A DNA stretch of 63,831 nucleotides, the filler included, from Octopus bimaculoides (taxonomy: Eukaryota): the NCBI RefSeq assembly GCF_001194135.2. It is 7 parts of 7 records of this genome, joined end to end, with 100 filler letters (N's around TTAATTAATTAA, not from the genome) between each part and the next. Parts side by side here need not be neighbours in the genome. Positions count along the whole stretch, not along the records: positions 62,524 to 63,831 come from NW_026345219.1; 6 more parts are not named here. The stretch is one strand, 5' to 3'. This document shows, one piece after another, positions 62,853-63,831 of this stretch. The notes under the pieces were generated by a model. That model had not been told where the DNA came from. It did not search any database and saw only the letters and a program-made list of their open reading frames with translations. Made by a program: the position numbers and the translations under genes. Numbering within the stretch: the stretch's first letter is position 1; the number at the start of each line of letters is the position of its first letter.

Positions 62853-62882
62853 AAGTAGTAGTAGCGGCAGCAACAGCAGCAG
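62672..62882. repeat. (GTA)n trinucleotide array with GCAGCAACA interruptions
   Basis: Directly visible; source of the poly-S/V/T/Y/L ORFs. Confidence 0.97.
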
Positions 62883-63360
62883 TTCGAAAAGGCTTTGGAA
62901 CCAAAGATCCCGGAAAATCGATGTTGTATTTGTATTTCCTTGCTGACCATATTGATGACAAGATGTTAATAACAAATAAACCGAGACGTTAATTACAGCT
63001 GTATCGGAGACTTAGTCGCCTCAATTAAAAGAAAACCAGTTATAAATATAAATAGATGTTAATTCTAGCCTAGATGTATAAAAAAAATTTCCGACTTTTG
63101 AGGTTAGAATTACTGTAAACCAGTTGGAATAAGTAAGCGAAAACCTCTGGCCCTTTGTGATGACACACTGCAATGTTTGTTTCTGTGCAGATATCTTGCC
63201 AAAGTTTTCGTTTAACGAATTAAAGATTCTTTCCCTGATAGCAGTAAGGAAAATATCATTATCGATCTAACAGAAAACATATTTTAGAATACACGTATAT
63301 ATCTTAATGATCAGATAAAATTTAATATTTAATAGACAGATCAGTTATTAAAAGTCCATA

Positions 63361-63600
63361 TCCTATATAATAAAACCGGTTCAAAAATTGCATTTTACGT
63401 TTGACTGAGAATTATAATATCTTAATGCAACTATCTAATACATGGGACTGATTTTCATGTGTCGTAGTCTGGACCATTTGTTTTTTTTCTGAGAAACCAC
63501 ATTTTCCTTACGGAGTGAGTAAAATCGAGTTTTTGGATGGGGTAAAAATAGGTTTTATTGTCAATCCTTTCTGTATATACGTCTTTCATTAGTTTTAAGA
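63361..63600 (+). mobile_element. Probable Helitron 5' end
   Basis: A|TCCTATATAATAAAAC at 63360-63376 matches the Helitron 5'-TC plus AT-run pattern. No 3' hairpin seen. Confidence 0.45.
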
Positions 63601-63660
63601 AATTACTTTTTGCTAATGCACTTTCAAGAATAAATAACGTTGCTTTGTATATACTTACAT

Positions 63661-63780
63661 TATGCTAAGGATGAAAGGCAAAGTTGACCTCGGCGGAGTT
63701 TGAAATCAGACCGTAGAGACGGACGAACTACCGCTAAACATTCCGTCCAGCGTGCTAACGATCCTCCCAGCCCGCCGCTT
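63661..63780 (-). mobile_element. SINE family B, head half
   Basis: GGATGAAAGGCAAAGTTGACCTCGGCGGAGTTTGAA..GTGCTAACGAT; the head abuts (AAT)n at 63784. Confidence 0.85.
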
Positions 63781-63831
63781 CGGTAATAATAATAATAATT
63801 AATTCGTTTTATTGGCCACAAGGGCTAATAT

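Noticed and set aside
62476-62992. Poly-Ser/Thr/Val/Leu/Tyr ORFs (mucin-like appearance)
   Set aside because: They are translations of a (GTA)n microsatellite, with no splice signals or flanking coding context.

Overview
AT-rich eukaryotic DNA dominated by repeats, with about 10% N-gaps. The SINE, LINE and microsatellite make-up looks like an octopus (coleoid cephalopod) genome; this is inferred from repeat families, not from a database search. I find no confidently intact host protein-coding gene, and nearly all long ORFs in the track are artefacts of N-gaps or microsatellites. Supportable content: a decayed Ty3/Gypsy pol (RNase H and integrase); several R4/Dong-like and other RLE-type non-LTR fragments; RTE and I-like LINE relics; a Penelope RT/GIY-YIG fragment and Penelope-type terminal repeats; Tc1/mariner, piggyBac-like, hAT-like and Helitron ends; a TIR element keeping an intact FLYWCH mini-ORF; and many copies of three tRNA-derived SINE families. 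Most worth following up: (1) a 251-bp foldback carrying a complete minimal type-I hammerhead ribozyme on one arm and a core-mutated copy on the other; (2) three Penelope-type repeats sharing a hammerhead-like fold with a non-canonical CUGUYGA core; (3) an RLE non-LTR family repeatedly embedded in (TACA)n, with other elements stacked in (TAA)n/(ATT)n; (4) the FLYWCH-only mini-transposon; (5) an RTE fragment with twin-priming geometry; (6) inverted SINE pairs able to form long dsRNA; (7) a few unexplained exon-like segments.
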